A stretch of DNA of 64,000 nucleotides, taken from positions 1 to 64,000 of the forward strand of contig JAXMOL010000029.1 in assembly GCA_034669905.1 (NCBI GenBank), in the 5' to 3' direction. The notes beneath the pieces are model-generated. The model was not told the origin of the DNA. It saw only the letters and a list, made by a program, of their open reading frames with translations, and did no database searches. The translations under genes and the position numbers were made by a program. Below, in pieces: positions 55,501 to 64,000 of this stretch; the first letter of the stretch is position 1, and every line of letters begins with the position of its first letter. This DNA comes from Candidatus Hydrogenedentota bacterium. GTDB lineage: Bacteria > Hydrogenedentota > Hydrogenedentia > Hydrogenedentales > JAEUWI01.

Positions 55501-56943
55501 ATGGAGCGCACGAATTGGAAGAGCGGGTCGTGGTGTTTGGCTGCGATCGCGATGCTCTTTTGGAATACCAGTTGCTCTCGGGAAACCGGGACAGATACTA
55601 CCCCTGCGGATGGCACGTCTTCCCCACGTGCCTGGACGGTGGAGAGGGACGGTGATTCGGCGGTATTGACGATGGGTGTCACCACCGACGAAGGCACGGG
55701 GGACGCAACGGGCTGGACGCGCTATCGGGGCCCCAATGGGTCGGGTAGGGCGGCGGCTTCCCCGGTGTCACCGCCTACGCGGTGGAGCGAAACGGAAAAC
55801 ATGAAGTGGATGACCACCCTTCCGGGGCCGGGCTCCTCGAGTCCCATCGTCTCGGGCGACAGCGTGTTCGTCACCTGCTATTCCGGCTATGGTGTTGATA
55901 AGCAAGACACCGGCGAATACAGCGCGCTCAGACGTCATCTCCTCCGGATCAACCGTGAGGACGGTTCGGTTGTCTGGGATAAGACCGTCGCGGCAGCGTC
56001 GCAGGAAGACGGGTACCGTGGTTTCCTGACCGAGCACGGATATGCCAGCCATACTCCGGTGACAGATGGAGAGCGGGTTTATGCGTTCTTCGGTAAATCC
56101 GGTGTGGTGGCCTATGACCTGGATGGCAATGCGATCTGGCGAAAGAACGTGGGCAATCTTTCCAGTCGAAAACACTGGGGATCGGCGGCGAGCCCGATTC
56201 TGTATAAGAATCTGCTGATTGTGAATGCGTCGGACGAAAGCCGGACGCTGTTCGCCTTTGACAAGATGACGGGTGAGGAAATCTGGAAGGTTGAGAGCGA
56301 CAAGCTCGAGTATTCTTACGCCACGCCTGCGCTGGCTGTCCTGCCCGACGGGCGCCAGGAACTAATCGTTGCCGTGCCTTATGAGGTGTGGGGCTTTGAC
56401 CCGGGCACCGGCGTGTGTCACTGGTGGTCCGTAAACGAATTGGGCAACAACGTGGCGCCAAGTGTGTTGGTGGAGGGTGATGTGGCCTATCTGAATGGCG
56501 GCTATCCGCGGATTGGCAGCATCGCTGTGCGCGCCGGGGGGAGCGAGGACACGACGGACACCCACCTGCTCTGGGAGGGCGAGCTTGGTTCTTATATTCC
56601 CACGCCGGTGGCATTTGAAGGCCACCTGTATGGCGTGACCGAACGAGGGCTTGCCTATGGGGTAGACGCCCAGACCGGCCAGGCCATTTTTGAGGAAGAA
56701 CTTCCGGTTCGCGGTGCCAAGGCGTTCTACGCCAGCGTTGTTCTGGTCGACAAAAAGATTCTGGCGGTCAGTCGCCAGGCGGGGACCTTCGTCTTTGAGG
56801 CCGCGCCAGGTTTCAGGCAATTGCAGCTGAATGTCATCGCGGGCGATGAATCCGACTTTAATGCCACACCCGCGGTCGCGGGCGGCGCGATCTATCTTCG
56901 TTCAAACAAAGTACTTTATTGCATAGCCGGGGTGGAGGGATGA
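55501..56943 (+). CDS. PQQ-binding-like beta-propeller (BamB-like) lipoprotein
   Basis: Lipobox-like NTSC; WTRYRGPNGSG, GSSSPIV, FDKMTGEEIWK repeats. Confidence 0.85.
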   Translation: MERTNWKSGSWCLAAIAMLFWNTSCSRETGTDTTPADGTSSPRAWTVERDGDSAVLTMGVTTDEGTGDATGWTRYRGPNGSGRAAASPVSPPTRWSETENMKWMTTLPGPGSSSPIVSGDSVFVTCYSGYGVDKQDTGEYSALRRHLLRINREDGSVVWDKTVAAASQEDGYRGFLTEHGYASHTPVTDGERVYAFFGKSGVVAYDLDGNAIWRKNVGNLSSRKHWGSAASPILYKNLLIVNASDESRTLFAFDKMTGEEIWKVESDKLEYSYATPALAVLPDGRQELIVAVPYEVWGFDPGTGVCHWWSVNELGNNVAPSVLVEGDVAYLNGGYPRIGSIAVRAGGSEDTTDTHLLWEGELGSYIPTPVAFEGHLYGVTERGLAYGVDAQTGQAIFEEELPVRGAKAFYASVVLVDKKILAVSRQAGTFVFEAAPGFRQLQLNVIAGDESDFNATPAVAGGAIYLRSNKVLYCIAGVEG

Positions 56944-57002
56944 GCAAGGTGCCCAATCGGCCAGCCATCCGGTCAACCGACCGGCGCTAACATTCGTTTC
57001 CC

Positions 57003-59276
57003 ATGATGTACGGGATAACGATGTACGGAGTAGCAGTTATGAAAACGGTACGAACGACTGATATTTCTGAGTTGGTGACAAGTGTAAACAATGTTCCGCG
57101 ATGCACAACGGCGATTGGTTCTCGTTATCGAACACGATACTCCCTGCCGGGCCTTCTCTTGTGCATGATGGGCGTCACCCTTTCTGTCGCGGAGGCCCAA
57201 TCCCGACCGGTTGTGCGAGACCATGCCGGCCGCGTCATCAGCCCAAACGATGTTCCACGTCGCGTGGAAGACGCGGTGCCGGACAACACGGAAAAAGCAC
57301 CCACTCCGGCAGCGAGTGACGCCGGCCAGGTGGCCGATACAGCGAGCTCACCAGAGGACCCACCTTTCCTGCAGTTCGATGAATTCCGAAGTATCGACGG
57401 CTACAACAACAACATCGAGAATCCCGAATGGGGTCAGGCGGGATTGCCCTTTATGCGGCTGAGCACGCCGGCCTATGCCGACGGTGCGAGTACGCCTTCT
57501 GGCGAAGCGCGCCCGAATGTGCGGGAAATCAGCAATATCGTGGTTGATCAGTCCACATCCATTCTGAGCGCGGATTCTATTTCCGACTTCGTGTGGCAAT
57601 GGGGCCAGTTTATCGATCACGATATCGACTTGACGCCCACTTCCGAGCCGACCGATCCATTCGATATTGCCGTTCCCCCGGGCGATCCCTACTTTGATCC
57701 CGATTCCACCGGTACGCAGACGATTCCCCTGAACCGATCGCTGCCGCTGTTTGTGAACGGTGTGCGGGAACAGATCAATCTCCTGACGTCGTACATTGAT
57801 GCATCGAACGTATATGGTTCGGACGAAGCGCACGCGCTGCGCCTGCGAACGCTGGACGGCACGGGGCGTCTTAAGTCGAGCGATGGGGATTTATTGCCGC
57901 TGAATCTCGAAGGCGACCCGAACGTGCCCGAGGAAGGATTCGCCCAGTTTTACGCGGGAGACGAACGTGCGAATGAGCAGGTCGGACTTACTGTGATGCA
58001 CACGCTGTTCATGCGTGAGCATAACTATTGGGCCGATCGTATTCGCGAGGCCGTACCGGAACTGTATGGTGAGGGCATTTACCAGCGGGCGCGCGCCATG
58101 GTGGCTGCGGAAATCCAGTGCATCACGTACAACGAGTTTCTCCCGATACTCTTGGGCGAAGACGCCTTCGAGGCGTATGAAGGCTACCAGCCCGAATTGA
58201 ATGCGACGATCAGCAACGAGTTTGCTGTGGCGGCCTACCGGATCGGGCACACGATGCTGTCTCCCCAGTTGATCCGCCTGGATGCCGAACTGAGCCCCAT
58301 CGACGCCGGCCCCTTGCCGCTCCGAAACGCGTTCTTCAACCCCGCCGAGGTGATTGACTACGGTATTGAGCCATACCTCCGGGGACTGGCCAGTCAGACC
58401 GCCCAGGAGATCGACAATTACGTCGTCGACGATGTGCGGAATTTCTTGTTCGGCGCGCCGGGTGAGGGGGGCTTTGACCTTCCTTCCCTCAATCTTCAGC
58501 GCGGACGAGATCACGGCTTGCCGAGTTACAACGACGTGCGTGCGGTCTACGGGTTGCCGGCCATCTCGGATTTTGACGACGTGTCTTCGGACCCGGATGT
58601 CCAGGCGCGGTTGCAAGCGGCGTATGGCACCGTGGACGACATGGACCTTTGGGTCGTTGGTCTGAGCGAAGAGCATGTGCCAGGCGCGCTCGTGGGGGAG
58701 ACGGTCTGGACGATTCTTCAGGATCAATTCAGTGCCTTGCGCGACGGCGATCGGTTCTGGTACCAGCGTTACTTGCCGAGTGCGTTACAGCGTGAAGTAG
58801 AGCGCCGCGACCTGTTGACTATTATTCGGCAGAACACGGACATTGGGGCCGAGATCTCAGGGAATATTTTTCTCGTCGACGAGGCAAAAGGCAGCGGTAC
58901 ACTGAGCGTGCGACTCGTCCCTTCCGCGGCCGTGAACGGTGGTGCGATGTGGCGTGTAGATGGGGGTGCCTGGAATGAATCGGGCGCCGAATTGAACGAC
59001 CTGGACGCCGGTGTGTACACCGTGGAATTTTCGGATGTTGCAGGTTTCGTTACGCCGTCGAATGAAACAGTCACCATCGGCGTCGGTGAGAAATCTACCA
59101 TGACAAAAACGTACCTGCCGTTACAGCCGCCCGCGGGATGCAATGGCGGTACGATTAACAGTGCTTCGATGATGCCGCTGGCGGAGTTTCTGATGCTGTT
59201 TGCCGTCGTGGCGCTATTCGTGCTTACCGGTGAGCTGAGCAGGAAACGGGACCTTGCGGAGGAAGGCCATCGATGA
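57003..59276 (+). CDS. Animal-heme-peroxidase family protein with C-terminal membrane anchor (start uncertain)
   Basis: RSIDGYNNN, WGQFIDHD, GDERANEQ, FMREHN, AYRIGH, NLQRGRDHG, LRDGDRFWY. Confidence 0.92.
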   Translation: MMYGITMYGVAVMKTVRTTDISELVTSVNNVPRCTTAIGSRYRTRYSLPGLLLCMMGVTLSVAEAQSRPVVRDHAGRVISPNDVPRRVEDAVPDNTEKAPTPAASDAGQVADTASSPEDPPFLQFDEFRSIDGYNNNIENPEWGQAGLPFMRLSTPAYADGASTPSGEARPNVREISNIVVDQSTSILSADSISDFVWQWGQFIDHDIDLTPTSEPTDPFDIAVPPGDPYFDPDSTGTQTIPLNRSLPLFVNGVREQINLLTSYIDASNVYGSDEAHALRLRTLDGTGRLKSSDGDLLPLNLEGDPNVPEEGFAQFYAGDERANEQVGLTVMHTLFMREHNYWADRIREAVPELYGEGIYQRARAMVAAEIQCITYNEFLPILLGEDAFEAYEGYQPELNATISNEFAVAAYRIGHTMLSPQLIRLDAELSPIDAGPLPLRNAFFNPAEVIDYGIEPYLRGLASQTAQEIDNYVVDDVRNFLFGAPGEGGFDLPSLNLQRGRDHGLPSYNDVRAVYGLPAISDFDDVSSDPDVQARLQAAYGTVDDMDLWVVGLSEEHVPGALVGETVWTILQDQFSALRDGDRFWYQRYLPSALQREVERRDLLTIIRQNTDIGAEISGNIFLVDEAKGSGTLSVRLVPSAAVNGGAMWRVDGGAWNESGAELNDLDAGVYTVEFSDVAGFVTPSNETVTIGVGEKSTMTKTYLPLQPPAGCNGGTINSASMMPLAEFLMLFAVVALFVLTGELSRKRDLAEEGHR

Positions 59277-59496
59277 TGACTTCCCGGTCTTGACCACGAG
59301 ACCCAAGTGGTGCAGGATACAGGAAGCCCGCAGTGATATCGGAGTGTGTATCGGGTGAGTGTCGTCGTAGAGATATGCGACGCTCACCCGCTTTCGTACG
59401 CCAAACGGTGGCATCCTATCCCATTGGACTGTTCTCCGCCGAGAATTCCCCAGCGAGAAGCCGCAGAATCCGTAACCTGTTAAAGGGAACGAATCA

Positions 59497-60477
59497 ATGA
59501 AGGATACGAAAATGCCAAGATGCTTTGCCGCGATAGCCGTTGCGGGGCTCGCGCTGTTCAATCTGTCGTGCTTTGTGGACGAGGCGACCAAGCGGGCGGC
59601 GGAGGAGGCCAGGAGTCATGTCGTGCCTGTGGACCCGTCGCATTTTGTGCCCGAGGCGCTGCTCGGCGAGATCGTGAAAGAGGAACGCAGCCTGTCGAAT
59701 GGCACGAACGCCTTGTGCTATGTGATCCGCAGCTACTCCGAACCCCATGAACACGAGATGGGCCCCTGGTCACCCAAGACGATCACCGACGACGCCGGTG
59801 CGGGGGGTATCTGGTTCCGCGACGGTCAGGTGTATGACGTCGATGGTCCGTTCGTCAAGAACCTGGCCGAGTTCTATGATGATCCGGCGTGGAAACTCTA
59901 TCGCGACGACGGGACGGTGCGGGTTACCGATACGAAGGAAGCTTTCGAAGCGGCGGCCCGGCCCGATGTCGATCCGCGGTACCACAATCATGTGGTGGAG
60001 GGTCGGCCGGAATGGGTCGGTCGCCGTGAAAATGTTTACGTGATACCGGTGGAGCCGGTGTATCAATTGCGGCCGACGCGCCTGGGTCATGGCGGGGCGG
60101 CTGTCGCATTTAACGGGGTGAAATACGATCCCCCCGCGCCGCTCCATGCTATCCTCAAAGCCCATACCATCGCCCCTTTTGATGATGCCGGCGGTCACCT
60201 GAATCCCTTTGAAGGGTACCACTACCATGCGGCGACCGGCCAGACCAAAGAGGTTGCCCAGTCGGACGGCCATGCACCGATGATCGGGTATGCCCTGGAC
60301 GGGTTTGGCCTGTATGCCCATCTGGACGAGGCAGGCCAGGCGTCCACGGATTTGGATGAGTGTGGTGGTCATTTTGACGGGGTGCGGGGGTATCACTACC
60401 ACGCGGGCGCGCCTGGCAGCAACCAGGTCATCGGTGCGTTTCGTGGTACCCCCGGAACAATGACGGTCGCCCATTGA
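59497..60477 (+). CDS. YHYH-motif protein, probable lipoprotein
   Basis: DDAGGH..GYHYH, IGYALDGFGLY, LDECGGH..GYHYH. Confidence 0.88.
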   Translation: MKDTKMPRCFAAIAVAGLALFNLSCFVDEATKRAAEEARSHVVPVDPSHFVPEALLGEIVKEERSLSNGTNALCYVIRSYSEPHEHEMGPWSPKTITDDAGAGGIWFRDGQVYDVDGPFVKNLAEFYDDPAWKLYRDDGTVRVTDTKEAFEAAARPDVDPRYHNHVVEGRPEWVGRRENVYVIPVEPVYQLRPTRLGHGGAAVAFNGVKYDPPAPLHAILKAHTIAPFDDAGGHLNPFEGYHYHAATGQTKEVAQSDGHAPMIGYALDGFGLYAHLDEAGQASTDLDECGGHFDGVRGYHYHAGAPGSNQVIGAFRGTPGTMTVAH

Positions 60478-60582
60478 TCCGGACTTTGTAAGCATCGCAG
60501 CGGGGGGCTCGTGCGGCGGAAGGACGTCCCCCGCGGGCCGTGGCATGAACCGATTCTGGCCCGCGGGGGCTCTGACAAGGGG

Positions 60583-61983
60583 CTAGTTGTTCAAGTAGCT
60601 TTCCGCGGCAGCCGAACGGCTGCTCGCATGGACGTTGAGTTCTGTGAGGGCCGCATAGAACGCTGCGCTGCTGTCCAGGAAGGTGTAGCCGGTTCTTTCC
60701 GCGACGGCGTAGGGGGCGATCAAGGTGGCGTAGTACGCGTAAACCTGCTGGATATAGTTCGCCTCAAAGGGGCCTTCTACGGTCTCTTGTACATACGAAT
60801 CGTATTTTGCCCGATAAACCGCATCGCTATACAGATACTCAATAAGGGGCCAGGCGCCGCTTTCTATATTGGAGAAGTCCAAGGCCAGGGCTCCGCCCAG
60901 TTTTCCCTCCTGGAGTGCCTCATTGTTATCCCAGGGAATCCAGGTAAGCCGTCCGCTGTCCGGGTCGTTGTACAGGTAGTAATTCTGAGTCATTTTCCCA
61001 TAGGAGTCCCAATTCTGGATGACGGTATTCACCGCCAGCCACTTGAGAAACACGTCGGTATCCAGCGCGTCCTCCAGCGCTGCACGCCAGGTCTCTGAGG
61101 CTGTCGTTCTCGCTTCACTATGTAACGCGGTGAAGAGGGTCTGAATATCGGACCAATCCGCCTCATCTTCATTGGTCTTCTTTTCGAAGTCGATCTCATT
61201 GAAGGTGCCGTCTACGAAACTCGCGCCGGCATCTTCGGGCTTGTACAAGTTGCCACTATCATCGGAGAACTGGGTATCGATGACCGTGTCATCCACCTCT
61301 TCGACGAGGGTATACAGTCCGAAATATTCGGGTCCGCTGCCATGGTCCACATAGACTTCGTAGAAGGCGGTATGGGAAACCGCCAGGCCCGCTTCCGCCA
61401 GGATATCCGATGCCACTTTCTCTCTCAAGAAGGATTGGTCATCGTAGTTGTTTTTCAGGCTGAGCTTCTTGAACCCATAGAATCGCTGGTTGTCGATTTG
61501 CGGGTAGTCGTCTTCAAACTCATCAAAATCCAGCTTGAAGGGTAGTTTCAGTATCCCACGTTCCCAACTGCTTTGGAGACTGGAGTTTCCCTTGAAACGG
61601 ACGCCCACCCGATACCATTCGATGCCGTTGTAGAAAACTTCTGCGGGCACGAAAACGGGATCGTCCGTATCGAGCAACACTCCACCAGGCCCCGAAGGGG
61701 CACCAAAAGCGCCATAGAGATTCGTCATGTCGTCCAGCATGCTCTGCCAGCGCTCAGACGAGATAACGAGGTCAAGTCGCTTGACCTGCGTGTCGTCGAA
61801 AACCTCCTCGAAATTGGGCTCCCCATCCTTACTATGGGTTTCTTCGGTCCAATCGGTCGTCTCAAAGTCCGTGTCGTCAAGGGAGATTGTAATTTCGGTG
61901 GCGATAGGACAGCCGGTGGCCAGGGCAAGCACCGCTATCAGGGCCAGCCACGTTTTCGTGTTACGCAACGCGTTACTCCTCAT
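60583..61983 (-). CDS. CotH kinase family lipoprotein
   Basis: Lipobox ATGC; VGVRFKGNSS, YFGLYTLVEEVD, NWDSY..NYYLY, WIPWDNNE. Confidence 0.9.
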   Translation of the reverse strand: MRSNALRNTKTWLALIAVLALATGCPIATEITISLDDTDFETTDWTEETHSKDGEPNFEEVFDDTQVKRLDLVISSERWQSMLDDMTNLYGAFGAPSGPGGVLLDTDDPVFVPAEVFYNGIEWYRVGVRFKGNSSLQSSWERGILKLPFKLDFDEFEDDYPQIDNQRFYGFKKLSLKNNYDDQSFLREKVASDILAEAGLAVSHTAFYEVYVDHGSGPEYFGLYTLVEEVDDTVIDTQFSDDSGNLYKPEDAGASFVDGTFNEIDFEKKTNEDEADWSDIQTLFTALHSEARTTASETWRAALEDALDTDVFLKWLAVNTVIQNWDSYGKMTQNYYLYNDPDSGRLTWIPWDNNEALQEGKLGGALALDFSNIESGAWPLIEYLYSDAVYRAKYDSYVQETVEGPFEANYIQQVYAYYATLIAPYAVAERTGYTFLDSSAAFYAALTELNVHASSRSAAAESYLNN

Positions 61984-62128
61984 GGTATATCCCTCCAGCG
62001 CCATGTTCGGCGCGCATTGGTTTGCCGTGTGTTTTCCGCGGCGACAGTGATGTGCAGACCGGATTCGTGCAGGCCGGTCACCTGCATTGCCGACGTGTGC
62101 GCGGCAGCCGGTGCACGCCGTTGCTTAA

Positions 62129-62722
62129 CTACTGCCAGGCCTGTTGTGCACCTGGAGGGGGGCCCTGGCCGCGGGGGGGACGTTGACCCTGTGGGCCCCC
62201 TTCTCCCTGTGGGCCACCGTGTCCGCCCGGCCGACGCTGGCCCCGGGGTGGGCCTTGTCCACCGGGTGGTCCATCGGGAATCTCGCTCTCGGTGAGATAG
62301 CCGTCCCCGTCTGTATCGAATTGGGAAAAGTGTTCTGCCGGGCCGTCAAACTCACTTTCGGAGATCTTCCCGTCGCCATCCTGGTCGAGTCGCGTCAGCA
62401 GGTCGGTCGCGGAGGGCGGTGGGTTCATGCCAGGTCCATTCTGAACATTTCCTTCCGGGGGAGGCGGTGGTTGGTCGCCGGCGGGTTCAATTTCGATACC
62501 CACCGGTGGCAGAGAAGGGGGCTGGCCCCGTTCGGGTCGGTCTTCCATACCACGTGTGACGGGCGGGGGAGCGTGCTGTGGACTTTGATCGGGGGACGCC
62601 TTAAGGCCCGGCGAAGCGTTCTCGTTCACTGCGGGTCCACACCCCAGGCCAACGAGGGCCAGCATTCCAGGGGCCACGACATAGGTCCAGAGACCTCGTT
62701 TCGGGTTCGCGCTTTCCGTCAT
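62129..62722 (-). CDS. Pro/Gly-rich EF-hand lipoprotein
   Basis: LGC lipobox; DQDGDGKISESEF and DTDGDGYLTESE loops; AAGGAGG RBS. Confidence 0.82.
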   Translation of the reverse strand: MTESANPKRGLWTYVVAPGMLALVGLGCGPAVNENASPGLKASPDQSPQHAPPPVTRGMEDRPERGQPPSLPPVGIEIEPAGDQPPPPPEGNVQNGPGMNPPPSATDLLTRLDQDGDGKISESEFDGPAEHFSQFDTDGDGYLTESEIPDGPPGGQGPPRGQRRPGGHGGPQGEGGPQGQRPPRGQGPPPGAQQAWQ

Positions 62723-62892
62723 GATTGTTACCTCCTTTAGGGCCTTCGGCCGGTCTGTTCAGTCAGGGGTTTTCCCAGTGCCCTGACCCAATCGTAGCAA
62801 CCGCGCATGAAGGGAAACGGTCCAGAATGATTACAATGTTGTAACCCTGCCCATCGGGTTCCCCGCTGGGCGTGTGCTATACTCACGGGCCT

Positions 62893-63564
62893 ATGAACGT
62901 GCTTGTTGTGGAAGATGAAAAACAGGTGGCCGGACTGGTCCGCAAAGGGCTGGAAGAGCAAGGCTATCAGGTCGAGGTCTGTCATGACGGAACCGAAGCC
63001 TATGCCCTGGCCACGTCGCGGCAGTACGACGCCATCGTGCTGGATATCATGCTTCCGGGCCGGGATGGTTTGAGCATTCTCAGAAACCTGAGAAAGCAGA
63101 AGAACACGGTCCCGGTGATGCTGCTTACGGCGCGTAGCGAGCTGGATGAACGGGTGGAGGGCTTGGATCTCGGGGCGGATGACTATCTGACCAAGCCGTT
63201 CTACGTGGAAGAGTTGGTGTCTCGGGTCCACGCCCTTTTGCGCCGTACGGCGGGCGAGCAGTTGACCATCCTGCAGGTGGCCGATTTGACGGTGAACCTC
63301 ATCACACGGGAGGTCAAGAGGGGCGATCTGGAAATCCGGCTGACGGCGCGCGAGTTCGGATTGCTGGAATATCTCATGCGTTCGCCGGGCCGCGTATACA
63401 CCCGTACGCAAATCATTGAGCATGTGTGGGGGTATCACTTCGATCCCAGCACTAAGCTTATCGATGTCTACATTCAACGCCTGCGCAAAAAACTACGCAA
63501 CGAATCCGGTGACGACCTCATCGAAACAGAGCGGGGTGTGGGCTACAAGTTTGCGAAGCCATGA
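62893..63564 (+). CDS. OmpR-family response regulator
   Basis: VLVVEDE, LDIMLPG, GADDYLTKPF, winged helix IDVYIQRLRKK..RGVGY. Confidence 0.95.
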   Translation: MNVLVVEDEKQVAGLVRKGLEEQGYQVEVCHDGTEAYALATSRQYDAIVLDIMLPGRDGLSILRNLRKQKNTVPVMLLTARSELDERVEGLDLGADDYLTKPFYVEELVSRVHALLRRTAGEQLTILQVADLTVNLITREVKRGDLEIRLTAREFGLLEYLMRSPGRVYTRTQIIEHVWGYHFDPSTKLIDVYIQRLRKKLRNESGDDLIETERGVGYKFAKP

Positions 63565-64000
63565 GACTCAGGGGATTGACACGGTTCCGGTCCTTCGGGC
63601 TACGTATCGCGGTCCTTTCCTGCTTTGTCTCCGGCGTGGCGCTGGCGTTTTTCGGAGGGCTCACCTTTGCGGCCATGCAGCGCCTCAGCCTGCGTCGCAT
63701 GGATCAGCAGATCAAGGAGTTCGCTCACCGCCCCCTCGTGGAACACCAGGACTCCCTGGAGTGGGAGCGGGTTGGAAGTGCGCTCCGCTTCTTTCTGGAA
63801 GGGGACGACGAAAACACATTCATCCTCCTGGTTAAGGGCCCCGAGGGCACGATTCAATTCCAGTCCCCGAATTGGCCATCAGACCTGCCTGCCACCGCAA
63901 TTCCTGCACCCGACGCATGGGGGGAATATCCGCCCGGCATGCCTCCCGGTACCCCGTCAATTTTTCCGCCGGACGAAAACGTTGTGAGTCAGCGCGCGGG
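63561..64000 (+). CDS. Probable sensor histidine kinase (3' partial)
   Basis: ATGA overlap with the regulator stop; MRLRGLTRFRSFGLRIAVLSCFVSGVALAFFGGLTF TM start; frame open to the window end; kinase domains not visible. Confidence 0.7.
   Translation, partial: MRLRGLTRFRSFGLRIAVLSCFVSGVALAFFGGLTFAAMQRLSLRRMDQQIKEFAHRPLVEHQDSLEWERVGSALRFFLEGDDENTFILLVKGPEGTIQFQSPNWPSDLPATAIPAPDAWGEYPPGMPPGTPSIFPPDENVVSQRA

Overview
GC-rich bacterial chromosomal window; the style of its secreted proteins suggests Ca. Hydrogenedentes or a PVC-like lineage (inference only). Left to right: the 3' part of a collagen-like gene and an M6 metalloprotease; a complete F1Fo ATP synthase operon on the minus strand; an LMW phosphatase and a fructosamine kinase; a type I restriction-modification locus (hsdM-hsdS-gap-hsdR); phnA/yjdM, tatA and initiator tRNA-Met; a ~5 kb att-bounded islet; secreted sugar-processing enzymes; a repeat-rich accessory locus at 36.7-42.5 kb; a DUF3500/ceramidase-like/sialidase-like/three-sulfatase cluster; a peroxidase, YHYH, CotH and EF-hand gene set; and a two-component system that runs off the end. 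Two systems stand out. (1) The ATP synthase has a Na+-type two-carboxylate c subunit plus a second c gene with four fused hairpins (E/Q/E/Q at the essential carboxylate), and a b subunit with an extra extracytoplasmic domain. (2) The 36.7-42.5 kb locus holds overlapping fragments of a large surface-protein gene and orphan secreted genes, cut at a recurring 'AGGGACGGACTAC' end motif next to a probable RAYT transposase remnant, suggesting a REP/RAYT-driven cassette-shuffling system. All family calls come from motif recognition; no database searches were run.
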